Source: Octopus sinensis (Eukaryota). Taken from it: 64,000 nucleotides of DNA. The translations under genes and the position numbers were made by a program. Below, piece by piece: positions 13,139-25,778 of the stretch (within the stretch, counting starts at the first letter, position 1; every line of letters starts with the position of its first letter). The notes below the pieces were generated by a model. That model was not told where the DNA came from and did not search any database. It was given only the letters and a program-made list of their open reading frames with translations. The stretch covers positions 73,284,001 to 73,348,000 of the forward strand of contig NC_042998.1 in assembly GCF_006345805.1 (NCBI RefSeq), written 5' to 3'.

Positions 13139-13225
13139 TATTATTATTATTGTTATTATTATTATTATTATTATTATCACCATCAGCGTTAGCGTCAGCA
13201 TCATTATTACTATCATTATTATGAT
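12913..13225. repeat. trinucleotide microsatellites (CAT/CGT)n and (ATT)n
   Basis: Read directly; explains the poly-H/I/V/L ORFs. Confidence 0.95.
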
Positions 13226-13299
13226 TATTTGCCACTATGAGATATGCACGGTATGTTAGCAAATCTACCACCACGGACTCCTCTCGTCTTCATGCTTGA

Positions 13300-14150
13300 C
13301 TGATTTCCAAATGCATGCCAAACAATTTTTGCCACCCCTAGAACAAACAATGTTATCATCTGAGTCCGTCGTGAAGATCAAACCGTCCCTTTCATTTAGC
13401 AATATGGTACAGTTTGTGGCCCTGTATTTGATGACCATAGTGGAACAAATACTAAAGTGAGTATTCTTCGGAGGGGAAATGTTTCCGCTTGTCTAAGTAC
13501 TCATTAACGTTTCCAAGTTCTATATGAAGAAGAACGTGATGTAAATTTAATAATCGATGGATGAGAGTGGCAAACTGAGCAAGGCTAAATCAGCCCACTT
13601 TAATTATGAGACTGTATGTTGGCTGCCAGAACAGTAAAAGGGTCATTATTTTTGGTGTCATGATAATTTTGTTTAATTTTTTCTCATTATTCTTTTTTTT
13701 TTGTTGTTCCGTGATCCGATGTATTCGATGGCTGTTTATTTTAGGGTTCATTTCTTGATAATTTCATAGATTCTTATTTAGTAATGTCTTTATTGCTTTC
13801 TTAATCTCACAATTTTACTCCTTTTAAATCCCTTTCGTTCATATTCGCATTCATTAATTCTATCTCGTCATCTTATAGCCGGCGTCAAGAGGTGGACTTT
13901 CAGGATGCAGGCTTGTCTAGATAACGTTCCTAAATCCTTAGTCAACCAGTAATACCGAGATATGCTTCAGATCCTGAAGTTAACCAGATATGCTATCGGG
14001 CAGGTCTGTCCGAAATGCATATGCAAAGCGATGAAACCGTGTTGCACTCAGTCGTGCAGTATCTAAGTACTGATACTTTATGATTTTTTTTTTTCAGACA
14101 AATTGTATCTAATATAGGATGGATTCGGTTATTGCCCAGGTATAACCTGA
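13300..14150 (-). mobile_element. highly decayed LINE (ORF1 end / AP-endonuclease start)
   Basis: Minus frame FTVLAANIQS..(~30 aa)..HVLLHIE..RGG resembles APE motifs. Upstream PSYIRY...KV..C resembles an ORF1 pre-knuckle. Many stops. Confidence 0.3.
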
Positions 14151-14679
14151 AGATATTCTAACCGCAATTCTATGACTTTTTTCGAGCTCCACGCCGAAAG
14201 CAAATTGAGGGTGGAGAGAAAGGTGCTCTCTTCCAGTGAATTTGCTAACAGGTGTGTTTTTCTGAGGAAAAGAGTTAAAGTAGGTTAAAGTAGGAAGAGA
14301 TAAAGTAGGTTAAAGTAGGTAGAACCTTTTCAAGAACCAATACTTATTAGAAGAATTTCCTTACAATAAAGTTCTTAATGTAGCTGATAATCGTAAATAG
14401 CACTATTTCATCCGCTTTATACTCTGGTCAGCACGACATAACTCTGGACTTGAAATTATATTGATTTCTTTTATAACCTTCTTAATTTTTTCTTATTTTT
14501 TCCTTCTTCTTCTTCTATTTTTATTTCTTCTTCTTTCTTTCTTCTTTTTCTTTCTTCTTCTTCCTTCTAACTACGGAGAAAAGAGGTAGAGAAAGTTGAA
14601 ATTAATTTGGCTAAATTCACTCTTGTCCTTTCTTCTTGAGCAGAAAAAAAGTAGAGTGAGAGAAAATCTTTCTACATAT

Positions 14680-14819
14680 ATACATACATACATGCATATA
14701 TACATACATACATACATACATACATACATACATACATACATACATACATGTACATACATACATTCATGTACATATATATATATATTTCTACATACACACA
14801 TGCATACATGCACACACAT

Positions 14820-14909
<90 letters not shown>

Positions 14910-15020
14910 ATACGTTTTGTAATACTCCCTATATTTGATGCCCCCTATATATATATATATATATATATCTATATATATATATATATATATAATACGTTTT
15001 GTAATACCCCCTATATTTAT
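14680..15020. repeat. (ATAC)n/(TA)n array with a duplicated unique ~30-bp island
   Basis: aatacgttttgtaatac(t/c)ccctatattt occurs at about 14909 and 14991. Confidence 0.9.
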
Positions 15021-15837
15021 ATATTTGGCATATATAAAAGAATTCCTCATCCTCATCCTCATCACTAACTTTCAAATCATTATTAAAAGCTGCCCGCCTT
15101 TGTTTATGTTGACGCTTGTTGTTAGTGATATTGACAGCAGCGATGATTATCGTGGAAAATCTACATTTCCTTCTTGTAGTTCCTAATTGGATCATATTCT
15201 TCTACTGATGCTAGCCTGCTGGTCTTGTTTACTAGATATTATTATTATGTTTCAAGCTACATTGTTTTACAGCATTATTTGTTCTTTACTAAATCTCTGA
15301 AAAAGTTTTCTTCAAACATTTCAGAATCTCTGTCTCACATCGCTATCAATATGTCTTTATACGTCCTTCATAATATTCACTTTTCTTCCGTTGCTTTCTT
15401 GATAAGAATTCTGTTGTTTTTTTTTTTTATTTTGTAATTTAGTTTTACTTTTCTATTGTGTTATCTGACAGTAAAATTGTTCCCGTCGTAAAGAAAAAAA
15501 TTGGTTTTGGACAATGCATATAATATGAAAAATGTTATTTTCATTGAGAAAAAAAGAGAGACAAATAACAATAAATCTAAGAGAAACAAGGAAAACATGA
15601 AAAAATGCGAAACGCATTTATTTTCAATTTATAACATGATTTCCGAATACCATATATATATGCCGTTGTTAAAATGTCATTTTGAACAAGGGAGGATATG
15701 TTTCTGTGTGATTAAAGTCAGAATCAATATTTCAAAATGAAACCAAGTAATTCTTATGTTTCATGTTATCCCAATGTGATTCATATTATATGGTAGCTTT
15801 ATCCATTCTCTCTAATAACTAACAGGCACGATAATTA

Positions 15838-16122
15838 GATAGATAGAGAGAGAGAGAGAGAGAAACAGATAGGCAGACAGACAGATAGGCAGACAGACAG
15901 ATAGGCAGACAGACAGATAGGCAGACAGACAGATAGGCAGACAGATAGGAAGACAGACAGATTGAGAGGGAATTATATTAGTTACATGTGTAGACAGATG
16001 AAAAGATAGATAGATAGTTAGATAGATAGATAGATATATACATACATACATACATACATACATGCATGCATGCATACATACATACATAAATACATGCATA
16101 CATACATACATACATACATACA

Positions 16123-16156
<34 letters not shown>

Positions 16157-16162
16157 CATACA
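15838..16162. repeat. compound microsatellite including (GACAGATAGGCAGACA)-type units, (AGAT)n, (ATAC)n
   Basis: Read directly. Confidence 0.9.
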
Positions 16163-16660
16163 TAGGTTCTTATTAAAAACACAAAAAACATTTTTGTCAA
16201 TTGCTTTATTGTTTTATTAATACTGGAATAAGAGCCAAGCCGATGTCTACAATTTCTTGTTTTGAACATTCGTTTATTTCGTTACTGTAATATTCTTCTA
16301 CTTCACAGAATACATCTTTGAACAGACAATTTTTCATTATATATTTATAGCGTTATACGTTTGTTCATAACTGCGTTGGGAGCAGCACAATTTTTTGCTC
16401 AGCACGTGGTATCATCAAACAAGGAAAATAGAAGATATTTTGTTGTATTATTCATAATTTTGTTATTTAAACATTTTTTACAATATATCCTACTACAGTG
16501 GTCGCTGCAATAAGGAAAAGATGCTATGAATGCTAGAGCATTACAAAGCACAAAATTTATGCGCATTTATTAAGAAGATGCACTAGTTACAGTGATTATT
16601 AAAACTATATATTGCAATGTATATACAAAAAACACAAATATATACATTATGTGTGTATGT

Positions 16661-16850
16661 ATAGTTAATTCAAAATGGGGAGAAAAAGACAAGAAAAATA
16701 AACAACATGAGGACGCAGCACATGTAAAGTAGTATTAATACGACGCTCAGAGAAGAAAAAGAGTGGTTGTTTAAGATATCGAACATTGCTCTTTTTCGGA
16801 AAGAGGAAGAATAGGAAAGTCCAAAGGAAAAAGAAGGAAGAAAAAAATCA
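16661..16850 (-). mobile_element. old copy of the ~190-bp hammerhead-bearing repeat (core destroyed)
   Basis: atagttaattcaaa...gaggacg...gacgctcag...tttaagatatcgaacattgctctttttcggaaag aligns with the 48843 copy. Confidence 0.6.
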
Positions 16851-16949
16851 ATACTCTACGTGTAGTTACACTTTTCAAAAGGCTGGAAGTAGGACAAAGA
16901 GAAATTGCTTTCTGGGACAGGAGAGTATGAAGAATGGTTGGTGCCTGAG

Positions 16950-18135
16950 TGTACGTGTGTGTATGCATGCGCGCGCACGCGTGTGTGTATTTGCATGTAT
17001 GTGTATGAGTGGGGGCTGTAACTGAGTATGTGTGCGCGTGGGGTGGTATATGTGTGTGTGGTGGTAACTGTGTGTGTAATGCAGTGTGACATCAGCAGCT
17101 ACAGTGATAGGTGTGTGTGTATTGGCATGTGCACATGAACGGAGTGGGAATGTGTATATGTGTGTGTGTGTGTCAGCACGTGTATAGGTGTGTGTTTGTC
17201 TACCTTAGTGTGTTATTCAGGTGCTCCCTCTCTCAGTATATCTATGTGTTTGTGCGTTTGTGCGTGTGTATGTGTGTACGAGCGTGTATATCTGTGCATG
17301 TGTGGTGCGTTGTGCGTGTGCTGATGTTATGTGCGTGTGTGTATCAGTGTGTGTGCTGTGTGTGGATGAGTGTGCGTTTGTGTGTGTATATGTGTGCATG
17401 TCTGTCTTTGTGTGTGTGTTGTGTGTGAAGGGTTGTGTGTTTGGAGGATTATGTGTGTGGAGGGTTATGTGTGGAGAGTTGTGTGTATGGAGCTGGACGG
17501 TCGTATGTGTGGAGGGGAAGGATTGTGTTTGTGGAAGTGAATGGTTGTATATGAGGAGGTATGTGTGTGTGGATGCGTAAGTGTATGAGTGTCAGGTGTG
17601 CGTGCGTGCTTGTATATGTGCACGTGTGTGGGAGAGTGTGTGTGTGTGTATGCGCGAGTGTGTGTGGTGTATGTGTGCGTGCGTGTGTGCGCGGGCCTAG
17701 ATTTTTGGTGTTTGTAGTGTGTGCGCGCGTGTTTTTGTTGTGTGCGCGTGGTGTGTGGTGTGTGTGGTGTGTGTGTGCGGTATGCATGTGGTGTGGAGTG
17801 TATGGGGTGTGTGGCACGGGAATATAAAATATAAAAATTAATACAGTCAATAATAAAAATATAAAAAGTAAATGATAAATAATAGATAAAATTTGGTAAA
17901 ATAAAGACAAAGGAAAAGATTATGTGAACAAATCAGTAACAAATATAAATAAACGAAACAAAAAATAAAGAATAAAATACATAATAAAAGATAAACATTA
18001 ACACAAATAAATAAAAAATAACAAGAATTTAAAAATCAGAATGAACCAATAATAAATAACCGAATAAAAAATAAACGAAATAAAAGTTATAAATAATAAA
18101 TGAATAAAAAATAATACTAAAATAAGATACGGTAA
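16950..18135. repeat. cryptic GT-rich low-complexity tract (to ~17820) abutting an A-rich tract
   Basis: Read directly. Confidence 0.85.
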
Positions 18136-18307
18136 AAAGAAATTTTAGGGAGGTTGTAGGACAGGCATTCAGCGGAGGGAGTTCTGTTGAGTCCGAATGT
18201 AGTTTTGGTATGTAGAGTTGGCGGATCCATTGTGTAGGGCAAGGGTGAAGAGGATAACATATAAGTATGTATGTATGTATGCATGAATATGAATGTATGT
18301 GTGTGTG

Positions 18308-18343
<36 letters not shown>

Positions 18344-18345
<2 letters not shown>

Positions 18346-18537
18346 TTGGCGATTTTTTTTCCTCCGCCTTCCCTTCCTTGGATGTTTCCTCTTCCTATGT
18401 TTCTGATGAAGAGCTCCACTCGAAACGTTAAATCCTCCTTCTTTCTTTCCTTTCCTGAGCGTCCAATAATACTATACTTGTTCCACGACCTCGCGTTGTT
18501 GTGTTTTCTCATTGTGTTTTCATGTTTGGATTAACTA
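18344..18537 (+). mobile_element. ~190-bp non-coding repeat carrying a minimal hammerhead motif
   Basis: gttt-CTGATGA(18403-18409)-A-GAG ctcca CTC-GAAA-CGTT-aaat. Body homologous to 48843 and 60513; flanked by (TA)n. Confidence 0.8.
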
Positions 18538-18543
18538 TATATA

Positions 18544-18960
18544 TCAGAATGGGTAAAAAGTAAGCAATGTTTTGAAACATGAAGTTCATCACAATATATT
18601 TCAATATCGCGGAAATTTTATTCATCAAAGTAAGTATCATTACAATCAAGACATTTTTGTCTACCAGTTACAAGTTTGTCTTTTCCGGTAACATGAAAAT
18701 CTGGAGTTTTGCAGCTGATGAACTCTTTGTTTAACTTTTTAACTCCTTCAAGGTGCTTGAAAAGTGGCAGTCAATAAGAGAAAGGTGTGGAGTATAAGCT
18801 GGGTGGAGCCAACTCTTCTCAACTTCTGGAGCGTCATTAGTGCAACGTGTGGTCGCGCATCGTCATGAAGAATGATTTACCCTCTTCCCTTGGCCAGTCT
18901 GGGACGGAGGAGTAGCAGTTTTTCGTTCATTTTGGCAATTTCATGGCAATATGTTTCTGC
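18544..18960 (-). mobile_element. mariner transposon 3' fragment
   Basis: Minus translation ETYCHEIAKMNEKL..RPRL..IILHDDARPHVALMTLQKL..HPAYTPHLSLIDCHF..CLDCNDTYFDE*, followed by a TIR-like end at TA. Confidence 0.85.
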
Positions 18961-19029
18961 AGGTTTTAAGGAGTTATAGAGCATGAATCCAGCTGTACAC
19001 CACCTTTTTTTGAAGACTTCGGTCTTGAC

Positions 19030-19180
19030 TCCAGTTTTTCATTGGCGTTTAATTTACCGATCTCGAGAGGATGAAAAACAAAGTCGATCTCGGTGGAATT
19101 TTTACCAAGAACGTGAAGACAGACGAAATACCACTAAGCATTTAGCCCGGCATGCTAACGATTCTGCCAGCTCGCCGCCT
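19030..19180 (-). mobile_element. SINE family C
   Basis: Reverse complement reads ggcggcgagctggcagaatcgttagcatgccgggctaaatgcttagtggtatttcgtc... Confidence 0.85.
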
Positions 19181-19569
19181 TGTTTGTTTCAAATTTTTGC
19201 ACTAAGCCAACAACGACCTATTCTCTCAAATTTGATCAACGTTTTGATCAAAATATTTCACCAACTTCTCCCAACCACCGGCTCAATACTTTAAACCACC
19301 CCCGCTATATCAGTGTTAAGAGCACTAAGCGTGCAGTGTGAAACCCCTGCCTCTTTTCAGTGATTTATTTCTCGCTGTATGGTTCATTTCCCTGTCAACT
19401 TCCACTGGGGCAGGAGCCAAGAAATCACAATGGTGTACTTAAAAATATCTAATCAATTTCCATAAATATCGCTTCATCGACAAAAGTTAGACAACCCGCA
19501 GGGCAGGAAAGGAGACTTGTTGAAGGTTGGAGAGTCATTGTTCGTCCAAATAGTATTTCTTTAGTAGTA

Positions 19570-21575
19570 TCTCTACTAAACTGACAAAGCTGCTTATTAA
19601 TTAGGTATGCAACAATTACTAAAAGTACTAAAAGAAAGCAAAATTAAAAGCTTCACCGTCTGGAAATAATTTTATAAATTCATGTTCTAAGAAATTGTCT
19701 ATAATTTCGATTTCCGAAGTTTATTAAAATTTTTTAACTCCAAATAATCGCAACTTTAAATATTTATTACATTCGCTGCGTTCATTCTTCATGAATTTAA
19801 ATATTCATTGTATTCACTGCGGAATAGATTTTAATGTTTAATAATAAATACTATTAATTTCGTTGCCGGCAACATTTTACGTTTTTATTTGCAACAGTCT
19901 CTCATTCTTGCTCGCATTTATTTTCATTAATAGTAAATTAATAATAGCAGTATAACTTTGATACGAGACACAATTTCAAGAACAGAATCAGTTTCCGGAG
20001 TTTGTTAAATTAATATTTTGATAATAATAATATGAATTTTTTTTAATATACCGGTATGATTTTTAAGTGTTTTTGTATTGAATGAATGCATGCTATTACA
20101 CAAAATAGCTGCATAACCTTGATACGAGGCACAGTTTTTAGGATGTTGTTAAATGAATATTTTTGATAAAATGAAAATTCTATAACATGCCAGTATTTTT
20201 TTTTCTTTAATGATGAAGTGATTTTGTTGGTATGGTTACTTGAAACGCTAAAGTATTACAATAATAACTATGTGATCGCTGCTATTTCAAGCACGCTAAA
20301 CAAGATAGTTTTTAACGAGCTTTCATTTATATATAATATGCGACTGAAAAAGAAAATTTAGCAGCAAAGACAAAACGGCAGAGGGAAAGACGGGAAAATG
20401 AATCAGATGAAACCAGGGCAAAGCGCCTGAAACAGATATCTGAATATGAATGGGGACGTGGGCATGATTCTGTTTCCGCTACACATGACCAACTGGTTGG
20501 GTGTCTCGGGAGGAGAATATTCTACTTCAGAATAATCTGCTCAGAACACAAATTGTTGATGCAACACTAAAGTGATCTTTTCTTTGCGATCATGTGGAAT
20601 TAGTGGAGTTGACAACCAATCTAAGACTTCTTACACAAGGTCATTCTGATGAAAGAGTTTGCTAATAACCTTCTTGATGTAGGAAATGGTAGCATTTCTG
20701 TTGAACAAAGCCTAGGTGCCTTCAATATCAAACTTCCCAATGACCCTTGCCTTGAAAGTGGTACTCTTTCAGATGTAAATGATTTTGTGTATGCTGACCT
20801 CATAAATAACTTTACATACCCTGAGTGGCTTGCAAATAGAATCATCGTTACTCCAACAAATGAAGCTGCAAAGTTTGTGAATGATTTCCTGTTGACCAGG
20901 ATCCCTGATGAGCTAAAAATATACAGAAGCTCAGTTGCAGTTGATAATGAAACTTTTTACCGAATCGAGTTCATCAACAAACTTACACCATCAGGAATTC
21001 CATCACACATTCTCAAACTGAAAAAAAACGATGCATAATGCTTCTGAGAAATTTAGATGCTACTAATGGACATGGCAATGACACGCCCTACATCATTGTA
21101 AGTTTACATTACCATGTTACTGAGGCTGAGGTTGCTTCTGATCCTTACGCAGGATCAACTCTGCTAATCCCAAGAGTACCACATGTATCTCACGAAATGG
21201 AATTTACATTTCCATTTACATTTACGCGTAAACAATTTCCTGTAAAGACATCTTTTTTCCTTGACGTGTAACAAGACACAGGATCAGACTTTTGAACAAA
21301 CTGGAATATATCTTCTGACACAATTCTTTTCACACGGTCAGTTGTTTGCTGCATTATCTAGAATTTGAAAGAAGGCTAATGTAAAAATATTGGCTGAGAG
21401 AAATGGAAACAGTATGATTACTGACTATTGTGTATACAAGGAGATACTACTTTAAACAAAAATATGCTTTTTTGCAAGTTTCAGTAAATAGAATTCACAC
21501 ATAAATTATATGTAAAGTAACATATATTTGTGTGGAATGAAATTGCTTTGGCGTATGTCAACACATGCCGAATCA
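19570..21575 (+). mobile_element. internally deleted Helitron (5' end, N-terminal stub, PIF1-like helicase C-terminal half)
   Basis: A|TCTCTACTA start. N-terminal RQRERRENESDETRAKRL at ~20370-20440 joins directly to helicase sequence. Imperfect hairpin near 21549-21568; terminal CTAG not found, so the 3' end is approximate. Confidence 0.75.
20500..21455 (+). pseudogene. Helitron PIF1-family helicase, C-terminal part, frameshifted
   Basis: ELTTNLR, FANNLLDVGNG, IIVTPTN, PSGIPSHILKLK, MLLRNLD, LLIPRV, RKQFPV, FSHGQLFAALSR, VYKEILL*. Confidence 0.9.
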
Positions 21576-21724
21576 ATGATGCCGTTATATTAAATCATTT
21601 TAAATTTGGGTATATTTGAAAAAGTAAGGAAACGTCGTTTCCATGTGTTCTCACAGCTCCAGACTTTTATGTGAGAGTGGGTGTGTATCCCGCCAACCCT
21701 CTGTCCATCCATCCATCCATCTAT

Positions 21725-21776
<52 letters not shown>

Positions 21777-22084
21777 ATCCATGCACACATATGTAAGTTC
21801 TGCTAATTAAATATGTATGTTCTACCAAGTATTAATGATAAGTATATATAACACATTGACTCTTTAAAAAGAGAGATTATGACTGATAAAATAATGAAAG
21901 CAATATTTACTAAACAAGTGAGCACTATTATACAAAGAAATAATAAGATGTAAAATATCATAAAAATTATTAGAATTGGGAGTTAAATGAGGAAATAGTA
22001 TCGAGTGACTATCAGAAAACCACCCGGTGGGTAGTCTTTTTGGTAGTTAATGGCAAATTATTATTATCATAACTACCGCTGTAC

Positions 22085-22260
22085 CTTGTACTATAGACAC
22101 ATGGTATAGTAGCAATAATGTACACCACGAGACCAAGAAAGACAACAATCCCCTTTTCAGGGCTACATCCATCACAAAGATTGGAGGGTATAACAGCTCC
22201 GTAGAGACTGTTGCAATAAAACACCGGTGACTGAGACATCTTAATGCCAACAAAACTATA
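22085..22260 (-). CDS. candidate exon with start codon and signal-peptide-like sequence (unidentified gene)
   Basis: Acceptor atatttttcag| at 22261. ATG 22172-22170 in gtgATGg context gives MDVALKRGLLSFLVSWCTLLLLYHVSIVQ plus a phase-1 donor ag|gtacag (weak). No homolog recognised. Confidence 0.35.
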
Positions 22261-22519
22261 CTGAAAAATATATACAGTATTAAAACTATTTCGTTAATGA
22301 GACCGGAAACCGGAGCAAAGGCGTTGTTCAAGATTAGGAGTGCTAGATGTTACTCTACAAGACAAAATATGTTACAGGAATGAATATGACTGGAGAGAGG
22401 TCTTTTCCCAGTCAAAGGGACAAAGAATTTAGACAAGAACTAGTTTATCCTGAAAGGGTACTTGCAATCATGAGGCAGCTGCAAGAGATCTCGGAAAGAA
22501 TGAAACACAAAGAACATAG

Positions 22520-22625
22520 TGAAGAAGAAGAAGAAGAAGAAGAAGAAGAAGAAGAAGAAGAAGAAGAAGAAAAACAACAACAACAACAACAACAAAAGAA
22601 GAACAAGAACAAGAACAAGAAGAAG
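22520..22625. repeat. (GAA)n-(CAA)n-(GAACAA)n
   Basis: Read directly. Confidence 0.95.
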
Positions 22626-22917
22626 CGTACATGCAGACTCAGACATATATAACTAGGTAAATAAAATCTTCGAACAGAGACGGTCAGTAGCGACACCTAC
22701 GGGTCTGACTACGCTGCATTGATAAAGAGCAACAACCCTGAAACATATCTGCAGCTGTCTGACTAGCAGGATGAAGTGACTGACCTCCCCTGTTCGAAGG
22801 TTTGTAATGGACGCAGGTTGTGTGTCAAATAGCTAGGTAGAGGCGGTGGCCTCTTGGAGATAATCAGCGACAGCTTTAGTCTTATATTTATAAGACTGCC
22901 ATATTAGTATGGCGATA

Positions 22918-23053
22918 ACTATATATATATATATATATATATATGTATCCACAAACACACACATATATATACATACATATATATATATATATATATGTAC
23001 ACACAAACACACACATATATATACATACATATATATATATATATGTGTATATA

Positions 23054-23144
<91 letters not shown>

Positions 23145-23155
23145 TATATATATAT
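22918..23155. repeat. (TA)n-dominated microsatellite
   Basis: Read directly. Confidence 0.95.
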
Positions 23156-23423
23156 GCTCATCGGTCATCGACCAACAATCATTACACTCTTCATCATTCT
23201 TGTGGTGTCAACAACAAAATTTTTAGGGGTAATTTAGCGGACGTAAAGGACAATGACACACATGAATATCACATTATATATATATATACGCAACTAGAAA
23301 ACGTACATATTGTATAAGAAATCATTTCTTTTCCGTTATATTCAACATATTGTATAGAGAATTTATGGTCGTTGTATAAATACGTACACACACCTACACA
23401 TACATTATAAATACATGCCTACA

Positions 23424-23469
<46 letters not shown>

Positions 23470-25143
23470 TACATATATATGCATACATGTATGGGGGGTG
23501 TGCGCATGCTGGAGTATATCTGGTTGAACCATTTAAAGAGCATTTAGCCTATTAATACTCTTGAGAAAGCTTGGCAAAAAATACAATCCCACCCCCTTTT
23601 AACATGAATCACCTCGTGCCTTAATAATAAATCAGTTTTGTATGCTGGATGTGTGACCAAGATTCATTGCGTTGCGGCAGACATCTCATTTTGCTTACGT
23701 CGTTTTTACCCATGGGAGAGGCTTCATTACAGAATTGTAAATAACACTACACAAAAGAATAGAAAATTACATTTTGATTTTTAGAAAAAAAAAAAAAATA
23801 ACTCATCCATTTTGGTGTCACAATGACGGTCGTTCAAAAACTTTTGCAAAACGTTCTCTAGTAAATGGTGAAACGTCATCGACCTCTAGTTTGAAATTCA
23901 TAAGGGCAAGGTTAAACTGTAATACTATATACTAAACAATCCTGCTGTACAACTACACAGAAATATAGATAGAGATGCAATTCAAGTGTCTATAAAACAA
24001 AACAAGCAAAGAAAGACTATCGTGTATATCTATTTATATATACAAACAAACACACAGGATAAGGTATAAATAACGGTCATTACATATTTTTCCTTTATTG
24101 GAGTAAATTCGGCTTACAACTGTTTCCAGTAGTCATTATAGGTTCCTTATTGATAGGTTCTTAATTAATTCTATTGATAGATTCATTAATCAATTAATTA
24201 ATAAATGATCAGTTCAGTCGAGGAAAGTTGAATGACCTAAGAAATTAAGCTACTTTAGTCAAATCTACTTCTAGCTACAGCAAAGTACAGCACTGAAGGA
24301 ATTGTAAAATCATCGGGGTGGGGGATTGAAAGAAAAAAAGGCAAGTCGTAGAGAGAAAACTATAATAAAATAAGAATCCAACTTCCTTCAATATTTTGAT
24401 ACTTTTGTCTGTTGCCAACAAATTCAATCGTATCTGAACCCATCTTTCTATAAGCGTTAAACTGTTGCAACACTCAGATGGACGACGAATAAATTGAGAA
24501 TATTTTTAGGTACTCATCTGTGTGTTAAAAAAAATATAGAGTAACTATAATTACTTGACAAGTTCAGTTTCGTATCAAATATAAGTGCGGTTTAATTCAT
24601 AACGTATTTTATGTTAATCATCAACTATATGCAAAATCAATCTTAAATTTTCTAGCAAGTCGATATTAGAATGAATCTCAAATGGTTGTGTGACTCCTTT
24701 TTGTGAATCAACCTTTTAAACAGAAAAGTACGTATATGATATTGGCTCAGTCAAACACTATCGTGTAAAGGAACGACTGTGCTTTACTTCTTTCGTGAGC
24801 AGCCGCGGAAGCTTAAGTAAGAATCTGCTTTATTACTAAACAGCCAACCGAATCACAACATGCAGGTGAGGTACATTATGTGGTTATTCCATGTAATAAT
24901 CACAGTACTAGTAAAGTTTTCATATTATCGTCCCCAGAATGACATGACATCAGTGGCATTAAACCTTCTACTAATCAGCAAGCTGGATATATTAACGAAT
25001 TATTCTAAGAAATATTTAATGTTTTATGTGTGTATCATAAATAGACGTCCAAAGTACAGATAATGTTACTTATCATAAAGTAGAATGAACAATAGAAAAG
25101 CTGAAAGTTGCCTAACGGTACTTTTTTATTTAATATTTAGTTA

Positions 25144-25322
25144 GGCAGCCAGCTGGCAGAAACGTTAGCATGTCGAGAAAATGCTTGGCGGCATTTCGTC
25201 CGCCTTTATGCTCTGAGTTCAAATTCCACCGAGGCCGACTCCGTATTTCATCATTTGGAGTTCTGGCGTCGATGTAATCAATTTATCTCACTCACAATAT
25301 TGCTGGTGTTGTGCCAAAATTT
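25144..25322 (+). mobile_element. SINE family C with internal deletion
   Basis: ggcagccagctggcagaaacgttagc...gagttcaaattccaccgaggccgac...gtgccaaaattt. Confidence 0.8.
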
Positions 25323-25666
25323 AAATTGATATAGCTTAAGGGGTTGATGAAACAGGAAAGTACTAATGAAGTGCTAAGTCCGTGCAATTGTCCATAAGGT
25401 CACTGCAAATTTGCGGAAGCGTTGATTCTACCTTTCATTTTCTATATACGATAAAATATGATATAGAGTTTAATTAATCATATCACTTAACAAGATTGTA
25501 ACCTTCACTTTATGCTAGAAATTATCATCATTATTGCTAGTAGTTGTTGAGGTGGTTATTGTAGCACCAGCAGCAGTAGCAGCATTATTGGTGGTGGTGG
25601 TGGTAGTGGTGGTGGTGACGACGCTGACGCAGCTGTAAAGGAAGAGCAAGCGTGATATTTACTTAC

Positions 25667-25778
25667 ATGCAGCGTATTTCAGAACAAGCCAACCTTGAAA
25701 TTTTGTCGTCAAAAATAGATTTATTTTCAATTTCCCGTTTCGAAATTACATATTAAACTTGTTTGTGAATATAAAAAC
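25667..25778 (-). other. candidate non-coding (5'UTR-type) exon
   Basis: Acceptor ttaatttacag| with CTGAC about 30 nt upstream; donor cat|GTAAGT; stops in all three frames. Confidence 0.3.

Noticed and set aside
12885-13274. Poly-His/Ile/Val/Leu ORFs
   Set aside because: Direct products of trinucleotide microsatellites.
14571-15065. Long YIYI/VCVC/LSIY-type ORFs here and throughout the window
   Set aside because: Translations of (TA)n, (GT)n, (AGAT)n and (ATAC)n, which lack stop codons.
19325-19437. Phase-1 open segment that could follow the signal-peptide exon (HHCDFLAPAPVEVDREMNHT...)
   Set aside because: Weak acceptor, no homology; a 37-codon open frame is expected by chance.
22347-22652. 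Poly-E/Q ORF
   Set aside because: Built on (GAA)n(CAA)n; no supporting splice or homology evidence.
24835-24875. acaacATGCAG|gtgagg as a plus-strand first exon with upstream ATTGG
   Set aside because: No compatible downstream exon found; signals are short enough to be chance.
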